A stretch of 64,000 nt of DNA from Thermoleophilia bacterium. Lineage in GTDB: Bacteria; Actinomycetota; Thermoleophilia; Gaiellales; F1-60-MAGs149. The translations under genes were made by a program, and so were the position numbers. Positions within the stretch are counted from its first letter, which is position 1. Each line of letters opens with the position of its first letter. Positions 1 through 9,456 of this stretch are shown here, piece by piece. Where the stretch lies: positions 10,296 through 74,295 of the forward strand of contig JBAXNN010000010.1 in the NCBI GenBank assembly GCA_037133755.1, read 5' to 3'. The notes under the pieces were generated by a model. That model searched no databases. It was given only the letters and a program-made list of their open reading frames with translations, and was not told where the DNA came from.

Positions 1-1095
1 GCGCTCGAGGCGCGGGTTCGGCAGGGGCTCACGACCGACCTTGCCGCCGGGCTTGCCATCGACCATCACGACGTCCGCCGTGAAGTCGCACGAACCGCGG
101 ATCAGCGCCGAGCCCACACCGTACGAGTCGACCGGCACCCCAGCCGTCTCGAACTCACGGATCTTCGCGGCGGTGAAGCCGCCGGAGACGACGATGCGGA
201 CGTCTTCGAAGCCCGCCGTATCGAGTGCGCTGCGCACGTTCCAGACCAGCTGCGGGTTGACGCCACGCGGATCGAAGCGACCCATCATGTCCCACAGCGA
301 GCTATCGACCATCGTCCCCGACGTGTCGAGGCGGACACCCCACAGGCGCTCGCCAAGGGCCTCGGCGACGCGCACCGCGGTGCCGGGACAGTCGTTGTCG
401 AAATCAACGAGGACGACGAGGTTCTGACCCGGATCGGAGCACCGTGCGAAGGCCTCGGCGGCCGCGACGGTGTCGCCGTTGTACGCCGCGATCAGGCCGT
501 GCGGGACGGTGCCGAGGCCGCGCTCGCCCCACCAGTCGGCCTGGGCGTCGGTCGAGACGCCGATCGCGCCGGCGATGTGGGCGGCGTAGCCATCGCCGGT
601 CTGCACGCGGTAGTGATCGTGCCGGGCGGGGAAGTACATGATCGGCTTCGGCGAGGCGGCCTGTACGACCTCGCGGACGTTCGTGGCGACGAGGCTGCGA
701 CGCGCAAGGCTGCCGAGGTAGACGGTCTCGAGATGACAGAAGTACGTGTAGTCACCCTCGATCGTCAGCACGCTCTCCCACGGCGAAATCTCGTCGCCGT
801 CGTAGAGCGCGTGCACGACGAGGTCATCCCAGCCGGCCTCCCACGTGCCGTCTTCGCGAACGAGGCCGGCGCACTCGCGCAGCGTGGCGATCGCCTCATC
901 AACGCCGCCGAGCACCGACGAGCCGCGCTGGAACACCTGCACCAGCACGCGCGGGCGGTGCGCATCGCGCACCAAGACCTTCTGCGTGTGGTTGAAGTAC
1001 GCGTCCGAATACCAGCCCGAGCGGATCTTCTCGATCGGCAGGTCGAACACCTCCGAGGGGAGGCGGGTCTTGGTGGTGCGGGGCAGAGTGCTCAT
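1..1095 (-). CDS. pncB: Nicotinate phosphoribosyltransferase family protein. Only the N-terminal 365 codons are present; the 3' end lies beyond the window start.
   Basis: My own minus-strand translation from the ATG at 1095 reads MSTLPRTTKTRLPSEVFDLPIEKIRSGWYSDAYFNHTQKVL...DTSGTMVD...VVSGGFTAAKI. The frame is open to position 1, so it is absent from the ORF track (no stop in the window). It resembles the type II PRTase family and uses GC3-rich codons. Confidence 0.6.
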   Translation of the reverse strand, partial: MSTLPRTTKTRLPSEVFDLPIEKIRSGWYSDAYFNHTQKVLVRDAHRPRVLVQVFQRGSSVLGGVDEAIATLRECAGLVREDGTWEAGWDDLVVHALYDGDEISPWESVLTIEGDYTYFCHLETVYLGSLARRSLVATNVREVVQAASPKPIMYFPARHDHYRVQTGDGYAAHIAGAIGVSTDAQADWWGERGLGTVPHGLIAAYNGDTVAAAEAFARCSDPGQNLVVLVDFDNDCPGTAVRVAEALGERLWGVRLDTSGTMVDSSLWDMMGRFDPRGVNPQLVWNVRSALDTAGFEDVRIVVSGGFTAAKIREFETAGVPVDSYGVGSALIRGSCDFTADVVMVDGKPGGKVGREPLPNPRLER

Positions 1096-1163
1096 CGTCG
1101 ACGACGTGCGTTGGCGGGATCGTACAGGCGCCGCGGATCCGGGGGCGTGCGCATACTCCTGCC

Positions 1164-1727
1164 ATGGCTCTGATCACACACCTGCCCGCCTCGGACTACG
1201 TCGCCATGCCGTGGCGCAATGGCGCCGGCACGACGCACGAGATCGCGATTGATGACACCCCCGGTGCATCCGGTGCGCCGTTCCGCTGGCGGCTCTCGAT
1301 GGCCGACCTGGCGGGTGACGGCCCGTTCTCGGAAATCGGGGACGTGGATCGCATCCTCGTGCTGCTCGCCGGTGATGACGTCGAGCTGACGATCGACGGT
1401 GCGGCCCCTGCGCCGCTCGGGCGCCACGAGGCGATCGCGTTTCCGGGCGACGTACCGACGAGCCTGACGATGGCTCCGGGCTCCGGTCGCGACCTCAACC
1501 TGATGTGGGATCGCACGCGCGCCAACGGCACGGTCGAAGTGCTGCAGATCGGCGACGAGCGGTCGCTCGCAGCGCCGATCGCCTTCGCGATCGCCCTCGG
1601 CGGTTCCGCGACCGTCGCGGTCGATGACGAGGAGCACGCGCTCGGCGAGCAGGACGCGCTGCAGCTCGACGGCGGTGGGACGCTCGCGGTGATCGACGGC
1701 GAGGTCTACCTCGCCACGATCAGCTAG
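1164..1727 (+). CDS. hutD: HutD-family protein
   Basis: 187-aa ORF with the N-terminus ...YVAMPWRNGAGTTHEIA typical of HutD/Ves. It is convergent with hutH, and the two stop codons overlap (CTAG). Confidence 0.6.
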   Translation: MALITHLPASDYVAMPWRNGAGTTHEIAIDDTPGASGAPFRWRLSMADLAGDGPFSEIGDVDRILVLLAGDDVELTIDGAAPAPLGRHEAIAFPGDVPTSLTMAPGSGRDLNLMWDRTRANGTVEVLQIGDERSLAAPIAFAIALGGSATVAVDDEEHALGEQDALQLDGGGTLAVIDGEVYLATIS

Positions 1728-3238
1728 CCGAAGACGCCGACGCGAATCGCCTCGGCGACCGCCTCGAACTCCGCAGACTGGGAGCGATCCTCGACGAGCG
1801 GTGGCGAGAGTGCGCGCACCTTTGCGTACTCGGCTTCGAGCTTCGGCCCCGACAACAGGGGGCGGCGCAGATCGAAGCCCTGGGCGGCGGCGATCAGCTC
1901 CACCGCGACGACGCGCCGTGCCAGCGCGAGCACTTGCAGCGCCTGCAGTCCGGCGGTCGCACCCATCGAGTTGAAGTCCTCCTGCCCGGCGCTGGTCGGC
2001 AGGCTGCCGACACCGGCGGGGTGCGACAGGACGGCGCCCTCGGCAACGAGGCTCGCGGCCATGTACTGCGCGATCATCAGGCCGGACTTCGTGCCCGGCT
2101 CTGCGATCAGGAACGGCGGCAGCGCGTGCGGATCGCCACTGCGGCCATCCATCAGGCGGAAGATGCGGCGCTCGGAGAACGCTGCGAGTTCCTGGACGGC
2201 GATGGTCAGCATGTCGAGCGGGAGCGAGAGCGGCTGGCCGTGGAAATTGCCGCCACTGAGCACATCGCCGTCCTCGACGAACAGCAGCGGATTATCGGTG
2301 ACGGCACCGAACTCGGGCTCGAGCGCACGATCGACGTAGGCAAGGGCCTCGCCCACCGCGCCCAGAACCTGCGGAATGCACCGCAGCGTGTAGGCATCCT
2401 GCACGCGGTCGCAGTCGACGTGGCTCTCGCGCATCTCCGACCCGTCGATCAACTCCAACAGGCGCGCGGCGACAGCCTGCTGCTCCGAGCGATTGCGCAG
2501 GACGTGCAGTCGCGGGTCGAACGGTGCCGACGAGCCGAGCAGCGCATCGACGCTCATCGCGGCGGCAACCTGCGCAGCGGCGTAGAGGCGCTCGGCCTCC
2601 GTCAGGGCGAGGGCGCCAATCGACGCCATCAGGTGTGTGCCGTTGAGCAGCGCGAGCCCCTCCTTGGGGCCGAGCGCGATCGGCTCGACACCGACGAGCC
2701 GCAGGGCAGCAGCACCGTCGATGCGCTCGCCGGCCGGGGAGAACGCCTCGCCTTCGCCAATCAGCACGAGCGCAACGTGGGCGAGCGGCGCGAGGTCGCC
2801 ACTGGCACCGACCGACCCGCGCGACGGCACGACGGGCGTGACGCCAGCGTTGAGCAGTTCGACGAGCAACTCCACGATGTCGATACGCACGCCGGAGTGG
2901 CCGCGCGACAACGACGCCGCCAGCAGCAAGAGCATGCCCCGCACCACATCGACGGACAACGGATCACCGACACCGACGGCGTGGCTACGGACGATATTGA
3001 CCTGGAGCTCGGAGAGCTGGTCATCGGGGATGCGGACCGACTCGAGCGAACCAAAGCCCGTCGTCACGCCGTAGACCGCCTGCCCTTCGCCCGCGACGCG
3101 AGCAATGAGCTCGGCGGCCGCTGCGATGCCCGCGCGGGCATGCTCGCCGAGCGCGACATCGGCGTCGCCACACGCGACGGCGACGACCTCCGCGCGGGCC
3201 AATGCGCCTCCGTCCAGCACGATCTTCATCCGCTTCAT
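1724..3238 (-). CDS. hutH: Histidine ammonia-lyase
   Basis: MIO-forming ASG lies in GSVGASGDLAPLAHVAL, and the protein is HAL-like throughout. I trimmed ORF 1724..3745 to the ATG at 3238 (MKRMKIVLDGG...). The upstream 169 aa are Arg/Ser/Pro-rich and overlap the next gene. Confidence 0.9.
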   Translation of the reverse strand: MKRMKIVLDGGALARAEVVAVACGDADVALGEHARAGIAAAAELIARVAGEGQAVYGVTTGFGSLESVRIPDDQLSELQVNIVRSHAVGVGDPLSVDVVRGMLLLLAASLSRGHSGVRIDIVELLVELLNAGVTPVVPSRGSVGASGDLAPLAHVALVLIGEGEAFSPAGERIDGAAALRLVGVEPIALGPKEGLALLNGTHLMASIGALALTEAERLYAAAQVAAAMSVDALLGSSAPFDPRLHVLRNRSEQQAVAARLLELIDGSEMRESHVDCDRVQDAYTLRCIPQVLGAVGEALAYVDRALEPEFGAVTDNPLLFVEDGDVLSGGNFHGQPLSLPLDMLTIAVQELAAFSERRIFRLMDGRSGDPHALPPFLIAEPGTKSGLMIAQYMAASLVAEGAVLSHPAGVGSLPTSAGQEDFNSMGATAGLQALQVLALARRVVAVELIAAAQGFDLRRPLLSGPKLEAEYAKVRALSPPLVEDRSQSAEFEAVAEAIRVGVFG

Positions 3239-3245
3239 GACGGCA

Positions 3246-4328
3246 TCATCGCGCACTCGCGACGGCCTGCGCGAAGGCTCCGTCGATAAGCGCGAGTGGA
3301 TCCACCGGTGCGGCGAGCCAGCCGGCGGCAGTCGCTGCAGCGTCAATCTCTCTGAGGGTCTGGTCGTAGTACTCGCCGCCGGGCAGGAGATCGACGGCAT
3401 TGGCCGGCACGTCGTAGAGCGCGTTGCCCGCAAGGTCGGCGTTGACGTCCTCGACCGCGATATCGCCCCGTGCCGCGATGCCCGTCGCGACCGCATCGGG
3501 ATTATCTCGCTCGAAGCTATAGAGGTCCTGCCACGCTCGAATGAAGGCGAGTACCTGCCCCGGGCGCGAGCGCGCAGTCTCCTCGCGCACCACAAGCACC
3601 TGGGAGAGCAGACCCGGCTCATCGCCGGCAGTTGCGATCGGCACAATCGTCGGATCGGCAGCCTGCACCTCGACGGCCTGCACCTCGGTGTCGACCGCCG
3701 CATCGGCGCTGCCATCGAGCAGCAGCACACCCGGTGCGGTCCCACCCGAGCGGACGAGCTGAAGCTGCGTCACCGGCACGTCGTTGGCGGCCAGGATCCC
3801 GCGCAGTAGGAGCTCGCCGTCGGTGCCCGCCGCGTAAGCGACACGCTTGCCGACAAGGCCGGTCACATCGCCGACGTCAGGACGGGCCAGAATCACCTCG
3901 CCCGAGGTGACCGACGTGAGCAGCAGCACGATCCGCAGCTTGGCATCCCGCGAGGCGAGCGCGAGCGCCTCATCCGACGAGACGACCGCAGCATCGGCCG
4001 CTCCCGAGCGCAGCGCCGCGAGAATGGCGTCGCCGGATGCGGGAGGACCGATGCGCATGCTGAGCCCCTCGCGGCCGACAAAACCGAGCGCGGCGCCTGA
4101 GCGCACGAGGTCGAAGGCGAGCGATGGCTGGCCGGTCAGCCGGAAGATGCCGGGCTCGGCTGGTGTGTCAGCCGGGATCGTCGACGCAGGCACCGTGGCC
4201 GTGAGCGGATCGATCGACGCAGCATCCGTCGACCCGCCGTCCGACGAGCCGCAGGCCGCAACCAGCGCGGCCACGCCGATGCAGGCCATTGCCAGCACGC
4301 CCCGCGTTGCGCTCCTCCCTATGCCCAC
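3246..4328 (-). CDS. ABC-type substrate-binding lipoprotein (NMT1/SsuA/TauA-like)
   Basis: A lipobox LVAAC-G follows a basic n-region if translation starts at the GTG at 4328 (MGIGRSATRGVLAMACIGVAALVAACGSS). The periplasmic-binding-protein-like body is consistent with this family. An alternative ATG at 4289 would leave too short a signal peptide. Confidence 0.6.
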   Translation of the reverse strand: MGIGRSATRGVLAMACIGVAALVAACGSSDGGSTDAASIDPLTATVPASTIPADTPAEPGIFRLTGQPSLAFDLVRSGAALGFVGREGLSMRIGPPASGDAILAALRSGAADAAVVSSDEALALASRDAKLRIVLLLTSVTSGEVILARPDVGDVTGLVGKRVAYAAGTDGELLLRGILAANDVPVTQLQLVRSGGTAPGVLLLDGSADAAVDTEVQAVEVQAADPTIVPIATAGDEPGLLSQVLVVREETARSRPGQVLAFIRAWQDLYSFERDNPDAVATGIAARGDIAVEDVNADLAGNALYDVPANAVDLLPGGEYYDQTLREIDAAATAAGWLAAPVDPLALIDGAFAQAVASAR

Positions 4329-4395
4329 GGTCGAATCATGCCGCGCCGCGGCGGATCTCGCTTGGCTCCCTCGCCGTGCGGCACACTGTGAGCGC

Positions 4396-5706
4396 ATGAG
4401 CGGCCCCATCGACTTCTCTCTCACCGCAACCCCAGGCCGCGTGCTGCCGACGGCGGTGCGCGCCGAGGGCTGTCGGATCTGGACCGCTGACGGGCAGGAA
4501 TGGATCGATGCCTGCGGCGGTGCGATGGTGATGAGCGTCGGGCATTGCCATCCACGGCTCGTCGAGGCGCTCAAGCGCCAGGCCGAGCAGCTGACGTTCA
4601 CCTACCGGTTCTCGTTCTCGAACGAACCGATGCTCGAGCTCGCCGAGCTGCTGCGCGAGATCTCGCCGATGCCCGACTCGTGGGCGTTCTTCAACTCGTC
4701 CGGCTCGGAGTCCGTCGAGTCGGCCATCAACCTCGTCTTCCTGTACTGGCAGGAGCTCGGTCGACCGGAGAAGACCGGGCTGATCTCGCGGGTGCCGTCG
4801 TACCACGGCTCGACGGTCGGCGCCCTCGGGCTGTCGGGGACCGCGCGCCGCGATGACTACGAGGCGCTGCTCGATCCGAACGCGATCGCCCCCACGCCCG
4901 GTGCCGACATCGGTGCGCGCCGCACGCCCGAGGAGGAGTGCGCCTACGCCCTCACCGAGCTTGAGGCCGCGATCGTCGCGCGCGGGCCAGAGACCGTCGG
5001 TGCCGTGTTCCTCGAGCCGATCACCGGCGCCAGCGGGGCAGCGTTGACGCCGCCTGACGGGTACCTCCAGGGCGTCCGCGAGCTCTGCACCCGCTACGAG
5101 CTGCTGATGATCTGCGACGAGACGATCACCGGCTTCGGTCGCACCGGTACCTGGTTCGGCGTCGAACAGTGGCGCGTGGAGCCCGACGTCATCACCTTTG
5201 CCAAGGGTGTGACGAGCGGCATCGTGCCGTTCTCCGGCATGCTGACGGCCGGTTATGTCGCCGAGGTACTGATGCGCCGCCCCGACGGCTTCCCGGTCGG
5301 TCACACGTTCTCTGGCTACCCGCTCGGATGTGCCGTCGGCGCCGAGATGATCCGCGTGATCCAGGACGAGCAGCTGCTCGAGAACGCCGCCGCGATGGGC
5401 GCGCATCTGCGCGCTGGCCTCGACCGCATCGCCACCGCCAGCCCCCACGTCGGCCAGGTCCGCGGCATGGGCCTCTTGCAGGGCATCGAACTCGTCGAGG
5501 ACCGCGACACCCTCTCCCCGCGCGCCGGCGCGACCGCCCGCGTGGTCGCCGCGGCGCGCGAACAGCACCTGATGATCTACTCGTGCGTCACGCGTGTCGG
5601 GAGTCGCGTGGTCGAGGCTGTCATGCTGGCGCCACCACTCAATATCAGCGGGGCCGATGTGGACATCGTCCTCGCTCGCCTCGAAGGAGCGATGGAAGCC
5701 GCATGA
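4396..5706 (+). CDS. Class III PLP-dependent (omega-) aminotransferase
   Basis: Starts at ATG 4396 (MSGPIDFSL...). Family motifs include SGSESVESA, CDETITGFGRTG and the PLP lysine context FAKGVTSG. It is divergent from the binding protein, with a 67-nt gap. Confidence 0.85.
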   Translation: MSGPIDFSLTATPGRVLPTAVRAEGCRIWTADGQEWIDACGGAMVMSVGHCHPRLVEALKRQAEQLTFTYRFSFSNEPMLELAELLREISPMPDSWAFFNSSGSESVESAINLVFLYWQELGRPEKTGLISRVPSYHGSTVGALGLSGTARRDDYEALLDPNAIAPTPGADIGARRTPEEECAYALTELEAAIVARGPETVGAVFLEPITGASGAALTPPDGYLQGVRELCTRYELLMICDETITGFGRTGTWFGVEQWRVEPDVITFAKGVTSGIVPFSGMLTAGYVAEVLMRRPDGFPVGHTFSGYPLGCAVGAEMIRVIQDEQLLENAAAMGAHLRAGLDRIATASPHVGQVRGMGLLQGIELVEDRDTLSPRAGATARVVAAAREQHLMIYSCVTRVGSRVVEAVMLAPPLNISGADVDIVLARLEGAMEAA

Positions 5707-5999
5707 CCGAGATGGATGACGCCGCAGCGATGTACCGAGCGGCCGTTGACGTCGCCCTGACGGGCGAGGTCGGCATGGCTCCCGACTTCGATCGCCACCT
5801 GCAGGAAGAGGTCTGGCGCTTGCTCTGCAACGACCGCGACCGCCTGCTGACCTACTGCCAGCGCATGGGCATCATCGTGACGAAGCTGACCACCCGGCAG
5901 ACGCTGAAGAGCGACAAGCCGATCTTCGAACTGATCGTCACCGGCGACGACGCCGACACCGTCCGGAAGCTCGCCGGGCGCGATCGTCCGATCCGGTAG
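5703..5999 (+). CDS. Hypothetical 98-aa protein, translationally coupled to the aminotransferase
   Basis: The ATG at 5703 overlaps the upstream TGA (ATGA). The frame is in phase with ORF 5169..5999 and uses GC3-rich codons. I recognise no family (MTEMDDAAAMYRAAVDVALTGE...IVTKLTTRQTLKSDKPIFELIVTGDDADTVRKL). Confidence 0.45.
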   Translation: MTEMDDAAAMYRAAVDVALTGEVGMAPDFDRHLQEEVWRLLCNDRDRLLTYCQRMGIIVTKLTTRQTLKSDKPIFELIVTGDDADTVRKLAGRDRPIR

Positions 6000-6037
6000 C
6001 CCCGTGGTGGCAGGTTCACGAACCTGACCTCCGTACC

Positions 6038-7108
6038 ATGCATCGCATGGCCCGCCCCGTCGTCATCAAGCTCGGCAGTTCCACCCTGGTGGATACGCGC
6101 GGCCGCCTGCGCAAGAGCCGCCTCGATCGCATCGCCGACGAGATCGGTGCCATCACTGCCGACACACCGATCTGCATCGTGTCGTCGGGCGCCATCGCCC
6201 TTGGTCTCGGCCATCTGGGTCGCATGGATCGCCCGGGGACGACCGCCGAGCTGCAGGCGGCAGCCGCCGTCGGTCAGGCGATCCTCCAGCAGGCGTGGCA
6301 GCGCGCGCTCGGCCGCTCTGGCCGCGGCACCGGCCAGGTGCTGCTCGCGGCGAGCGACTTCGAGCGCCGCGAGTCCTACCTCAACGCGCGCCATACGCTC
6401 GAGACGCTGCTGGGCTGGGGCGTCACGCCGATCGTCAACGAGAACGACTCGACGGCCACGCAGGAGATCACCTTCGGCGACAACGATGCGCTCGCCGCGC
6501 AGGTTGCCGTGCTGCTCGGTGCCCGCCTGTTGGTGCTGCTGACCGATCAGGAGGGGCTCTACACCCGTGATCCCAAGCACCCCGACGCGGCGCTCGTGCG
6601 CGAGGTGCCCGATGCGTCGGTGCTGGACGACGTGGATACCGCCGCGGCCGGCTCCGGCTGGGGCAGCGGCGGCATGCGCTCCAAGGTCGTCGCCGCCGAG
6701 ATGGCGCGCGCCGGCGGTTCGGCATGCGTGATCGCCAACGGTGGACGCAGCGGCTCGATCGCCGCGGCGATCGCCGGCGAGCAGGTCGGCACGCGCTTCC
6801 CCGCCAAGGGGACCTCGCCGTCGGCCTACAAGCTGTGGCTCCGCCACGCCCTGCCGACGACGGGCCGCATCGAAGTCGACAGTGGCGCGCGCACGGCGCT
6901 TGAGCAGGACGGTGCCTCGCTCCTGCCCGTGGGCATCAAGGCCGTCAACGGGCGGTTTGCGGCCGGCGACGGCGTCGAGCTGGTCGATGCGAAAGGCGTC
7001 GTGTTCGCCCGTGGTATCGCAGAGATGGGCAACACGGAGCTGAAGCAGCAGATCGGCAAGCGCGGCGCCGACCCGGCCGTGCACCGCGACCGCCTCGTGC
7101 TGCTCTAA
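6038..7108 (+). CDS. proB: Glutamate 5-kinase with a C-terminal PUA domain
   Basis: VIKLGSSTL, NENDSTAT and FGDNDALAA are amino-acid-kinase motifs, and the tail is PUA-like. The gene lies immediately upstream of proA. Confidence 0.9.
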   Translation: MHRMARPVVIKLGSSTLVDTRGRLRKSRLDRIADEIGAITADTPICIVSSGAIALGLGHLGRMDRPGTTAELQAAAAVGQAILQQAWQRALGRSGRGTGQVLLAASDFERRESYLNARHTLETLLGWGVTPIVNENDSTATQEITFGDNDALAAQVAVLLGARLLVLLTDQEGLYTRDPKHPDAALVREVPDASVLDDVDTAAAGSGWGSGGMRSKVVAAEMARAGGSACVIANGGRSGSIAAAIAGEQVGTRFPAKGTSPSAYKLWLRHALPTTGRIEVDSGARTALEQDGASLLPVGIKAVNGRFAAGDGVELVDAKGVVFARGIAEMGNTELKQQIGKRGADPAVHRDRLVLL

Positions 7109-7153
7109 CCGCACCGCTCGCCGAACGCGCTCCAGCCTCTATCCTTGGCGACC

Positions 7154-8404
7154 ATGAGCGCCACCACGCAGAGCGAGATCGCCACCCGAGGCCGCGCCGC
7201 CGCGCGCGCCATCCGCAGTGCCAGCACCGACGTCCGCGACGCGGCGCTGGCCTCGATCGCCGCTCACCTCGAGGCCGACGCCGCTGCGATCCTCACCGCC
7301 AATGCGCAGGACGTCGCCGCCGCCGTCGCCGACAACACCACTGCGGCACTGATCGATCGACTCACGCTCAACGACGAGCGCCTGGCCGCACTGGCCCAGG
7401 CCGTCCGCGATGTGGCTGCGCTCCCCGATCCCGTCGGCCGCGTGATCGACGATCGCCGCCTGCACAACGGCCTCGAGCTCTCCAAGGTGCGCGTCCCGAT
7501 CGGCCGCGTCCTCGTGGTCTACGAGGCACGCCCCAACGTGACGGTCGACGTCGCCGCGCTGTGCATCAAGTCGGGCAACGTGGCACTGCTGCGTGGCTCG
7601 GCCTCTGCGAAGCACACGAACGCCGCCCTCAGCGCCGCGGTGCGCGGCGGCCTCGCCGATGCGGGCCTGCCCGAGGACATCGTGATCCCGATCGAGGGCT
7701 CCCGTGACGACCTCGGCGAGCTCGTGAGCGACGCCAGTGCCGCCGACATCGTGGTGCCCCGCGGTGGCGAGGCACTCAAGGACTTCCTGCTCGAGAAGAG
7801 CCGCATTCCCGTCCTCGCAGCCGCCGGCGGCATCTGCCACGTCTACCTCGATCGCGATGCGAACGCCGACATGGCCGTCGCGATCACGCTGAACGCCAAG
7901 GTCCACCGCCCCGGCGTGTGCAACGCGGCCGAGACGCTGCTGGTGCACGCCGACCGCACCGACCTGCTCCAGCCGGTGCTCACGGCCCTGCGCGATGCAG
8001 GGGTCGAGCTGCGCGGCGATGAGCGCACACGCGCCGCGATCGACTTCGAGATCAACGAGGCGACAGAGGCCGACTGGGATGCCGAGTATCTCGACCTGAT
8101 CCTCGCCGTGCGCGTGGTCGATGACCTCGACGCCGCCCTCGACCACATCGACCGGCACTCGACGGGCCACTCCGAGGCGATCGTCACCGACTCGCTCGAG
8201 GCGTCGCGCACCTTCACCGACGGCGTCGATTCGGCGTGCGTCTACGTGAACGCCTCGACGCGCTTCACCGACGGCGGCGAATACGGCATGGGCGCCGAGG
8301 TGGGCAACTCGACGGCGCGCCTGCACGTGCGCGGTCCGATCGGGCTCGAGGATCTGACGACGACGAAGTACGTCGTCATCGGCACCGGCCAGACGCGCGC
8401 GTAG
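7154..8404 (+). CDS. proA: Gamma-glutamyl phosphate reductase
   Basis: Aldehyde-dehydrogenase-like ProA signatures are present (VYEARPNVT, catalytic Cys in HRPGVCNAAETLLVH, STGHSEAIVT). I chose the ATG at 7154; the ORF track starts at a TTG at 7145. Confidence 0.9.
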   Translation: MSATTQSEIATRGRAAARAIRSASTDVRDAALASIAAHLEADAAAILTANAQDVAAAVADNTTAALIDRLTLNDERLAALAQAVRDVAALPDPVGRVIDDRRLHNGLELSKVRVPIGRVLVVYEARPNVTVDVAALCIKSGNVALLRGSASAKHTNAALSAAVRGGLADAGLPEDIVIPIEGSRDDLGELVSDASAADIVVPRGGEALKDFLLEKSRIPVLAAAGGICHVYLDRDANADMAVAITLNAKVHRPGVCNAAETLLVHADRTDLLQPVLTALRDAGVELRGDERTRAAIDFEINEATEADWDAEYLDLILAVRVVDDLDAALDHIDRHSTGHSEAIVTDSLEASRTFTDGVDSACVYVNASTRFTDGGEYGMGAEVGNSTARLHVRGPIGLEDLTTTKYVVIGTGQTRA

Positions 8405-8406
8405 GC

Positions 8407-9456
8407 ATGGGCGCGCGACCGTTGCGGATCGCGTTCGACCTCTCGGCCACGCGCCTCGGCCAGGCCGGTGTGGCGCGCACTGCGCTGCAGCTGGCCGACG
8501 CGCTCGCTGATCGCGCCGACGCCGACGTGCTGCGGATCGGCATGGGCTCGACGCCGGCCGCCGGCACCGCCAGCCGGCGGGCGCTCGCCCTCCGACTTGA
8601 TCTGGCGTGGGCGACGCGCGGCGCACGCGCCGAGGCCGCTGCGCGTGGTGCCGACGTGCTGCACCTGCCGCTGCCCCGCGGGCCGCTCTCGCCGGGACGG
8701 CCGCCGACCGTCGTGACGGTGCACGACCTCGCCGTTGTCCGCCACCCCGAAACGCTGAGTCGCTGGAACCGCACCTACACCCAGCGCACCCTGCCGCGTG
8801 TGCTGGCGGCCGCCGACGCGATCGTCGCCGTCTCGCAGGACACAGCCGATGACGTCGCCGCGTTCGCACCGGGCGTGGCGCATCGGATCCATGTGATCCC
8901 CAACGGCGTCGATGCGTTCTGGTCCACGCCAGGCGAGCCCGCAACGAACAGCACCCCGTACGTGCTCGCCGTCGGCACACCCGAGCCGCGCAAGAACCTG
9001 CAGCGCCTGGTGGACGCCATGCGCCTGCGCCGCGAACGCGGCTCGGAGGAAGAGCTGGTGCACGTGGGCGCCGACGGCTGGGGCGATGTGCGCCTGCCCG
9101 ACGCGCCGTGGCTGCGGTGCGCCGGCCGCGTGTCCGACACCGAACTGCGTGCGCTGTACCGTGGCGCAGCCGCCGTGGCGATCCCGTCGCTGCACGAGGG
9201 CTCGGGCCTTCCCGCCCTCGAGGCCTTCGCCGCTGGCGCACCGGTCGTAGCCGCCCGTGCCGGGGCGCTGCCCGAGACCTGCGGCGAAGCGGCCGTACTC
9301 GTCGATCCGCTCAACGTCGAGTCGATCGCCGCGGGCATCGACGAGGCGATCGACCGCCGCGATCAGCTGATTCTCGCTGGGCGCGCACGCGCCGAGCAGG
9401 CGACGTGGGCGATCGCCGCCGAGCGCTACGTCGAGCTCTACTGCTCGCTGGTCTGA
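8407..9456 (+). CDS. GT4-family glycosyltransferase
   Basis: Starts at ATG 8407. It has a GT-B/GT4 C-terminal signature (EPRKN...PSLHEGSGLPALEAFAAGAPVV). The upstream part of ORF 8236..9456 is the out-of-frame 3' end of proA. Confidence 0.8.
   Translation: MGARPLRIAFDLSATRLGQAGVARTALQLADALADRADADVLRIGMGSTPAAGTASRRALALRLDLAWATRGARAEAAARGADVLHLPLPRGPLSPGRPPTVVTVHDLAVVRHPETLSRWNRTYTQRTLPRVLAAADAIVAVSQDTADDVAAFAPGVAHRIHVIPNGVDAFWSTPGEPATNSTPYVLAVGTPEPRKNLQRLVDAMRLRRERGSEEELVHVGADGWGDVRLPDAPWLRCAGRVSDTELRALYRGAAAVAIPSLHEGSGLPALEAFAAGAPVVAARAGALPETCGEAAVLVDPLNVESIAAGIDEAIDRRDQLILAGRARAEQATWAIAAERYVELYCSLV

Noticed and set aside
1724-3745. A 673-aa version of hutH, and similar N-terminal extensions of many track ORFs (for example 3847..5706, 26151..26795, 15548..16801 and 62690..63937).
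   Set aside because: The extensions overlap neighbouring genes, are Arg/Ser/Pro-rich, and come before starts that give family-typical N-termini. I trimmed each gene to the internal ATG or GTG.
6011-6026. The palindrome CAGGTTC-AC-GAACCTG between the 98-aa ORF and proB, as a candidate operator or attenuator.
   Set aside because: It is only 7 bp per arm with a 2-nt centre. Such palindromes arise by chance in 64 kb, and there is no supporting second site or U-tract.
7139-9241. A 700-aa minus-strand ORF.
   Set aside because: It is antisense to proA and the GT4 gene. The N-terminal half is almost pure Arg/Ala/Pro.
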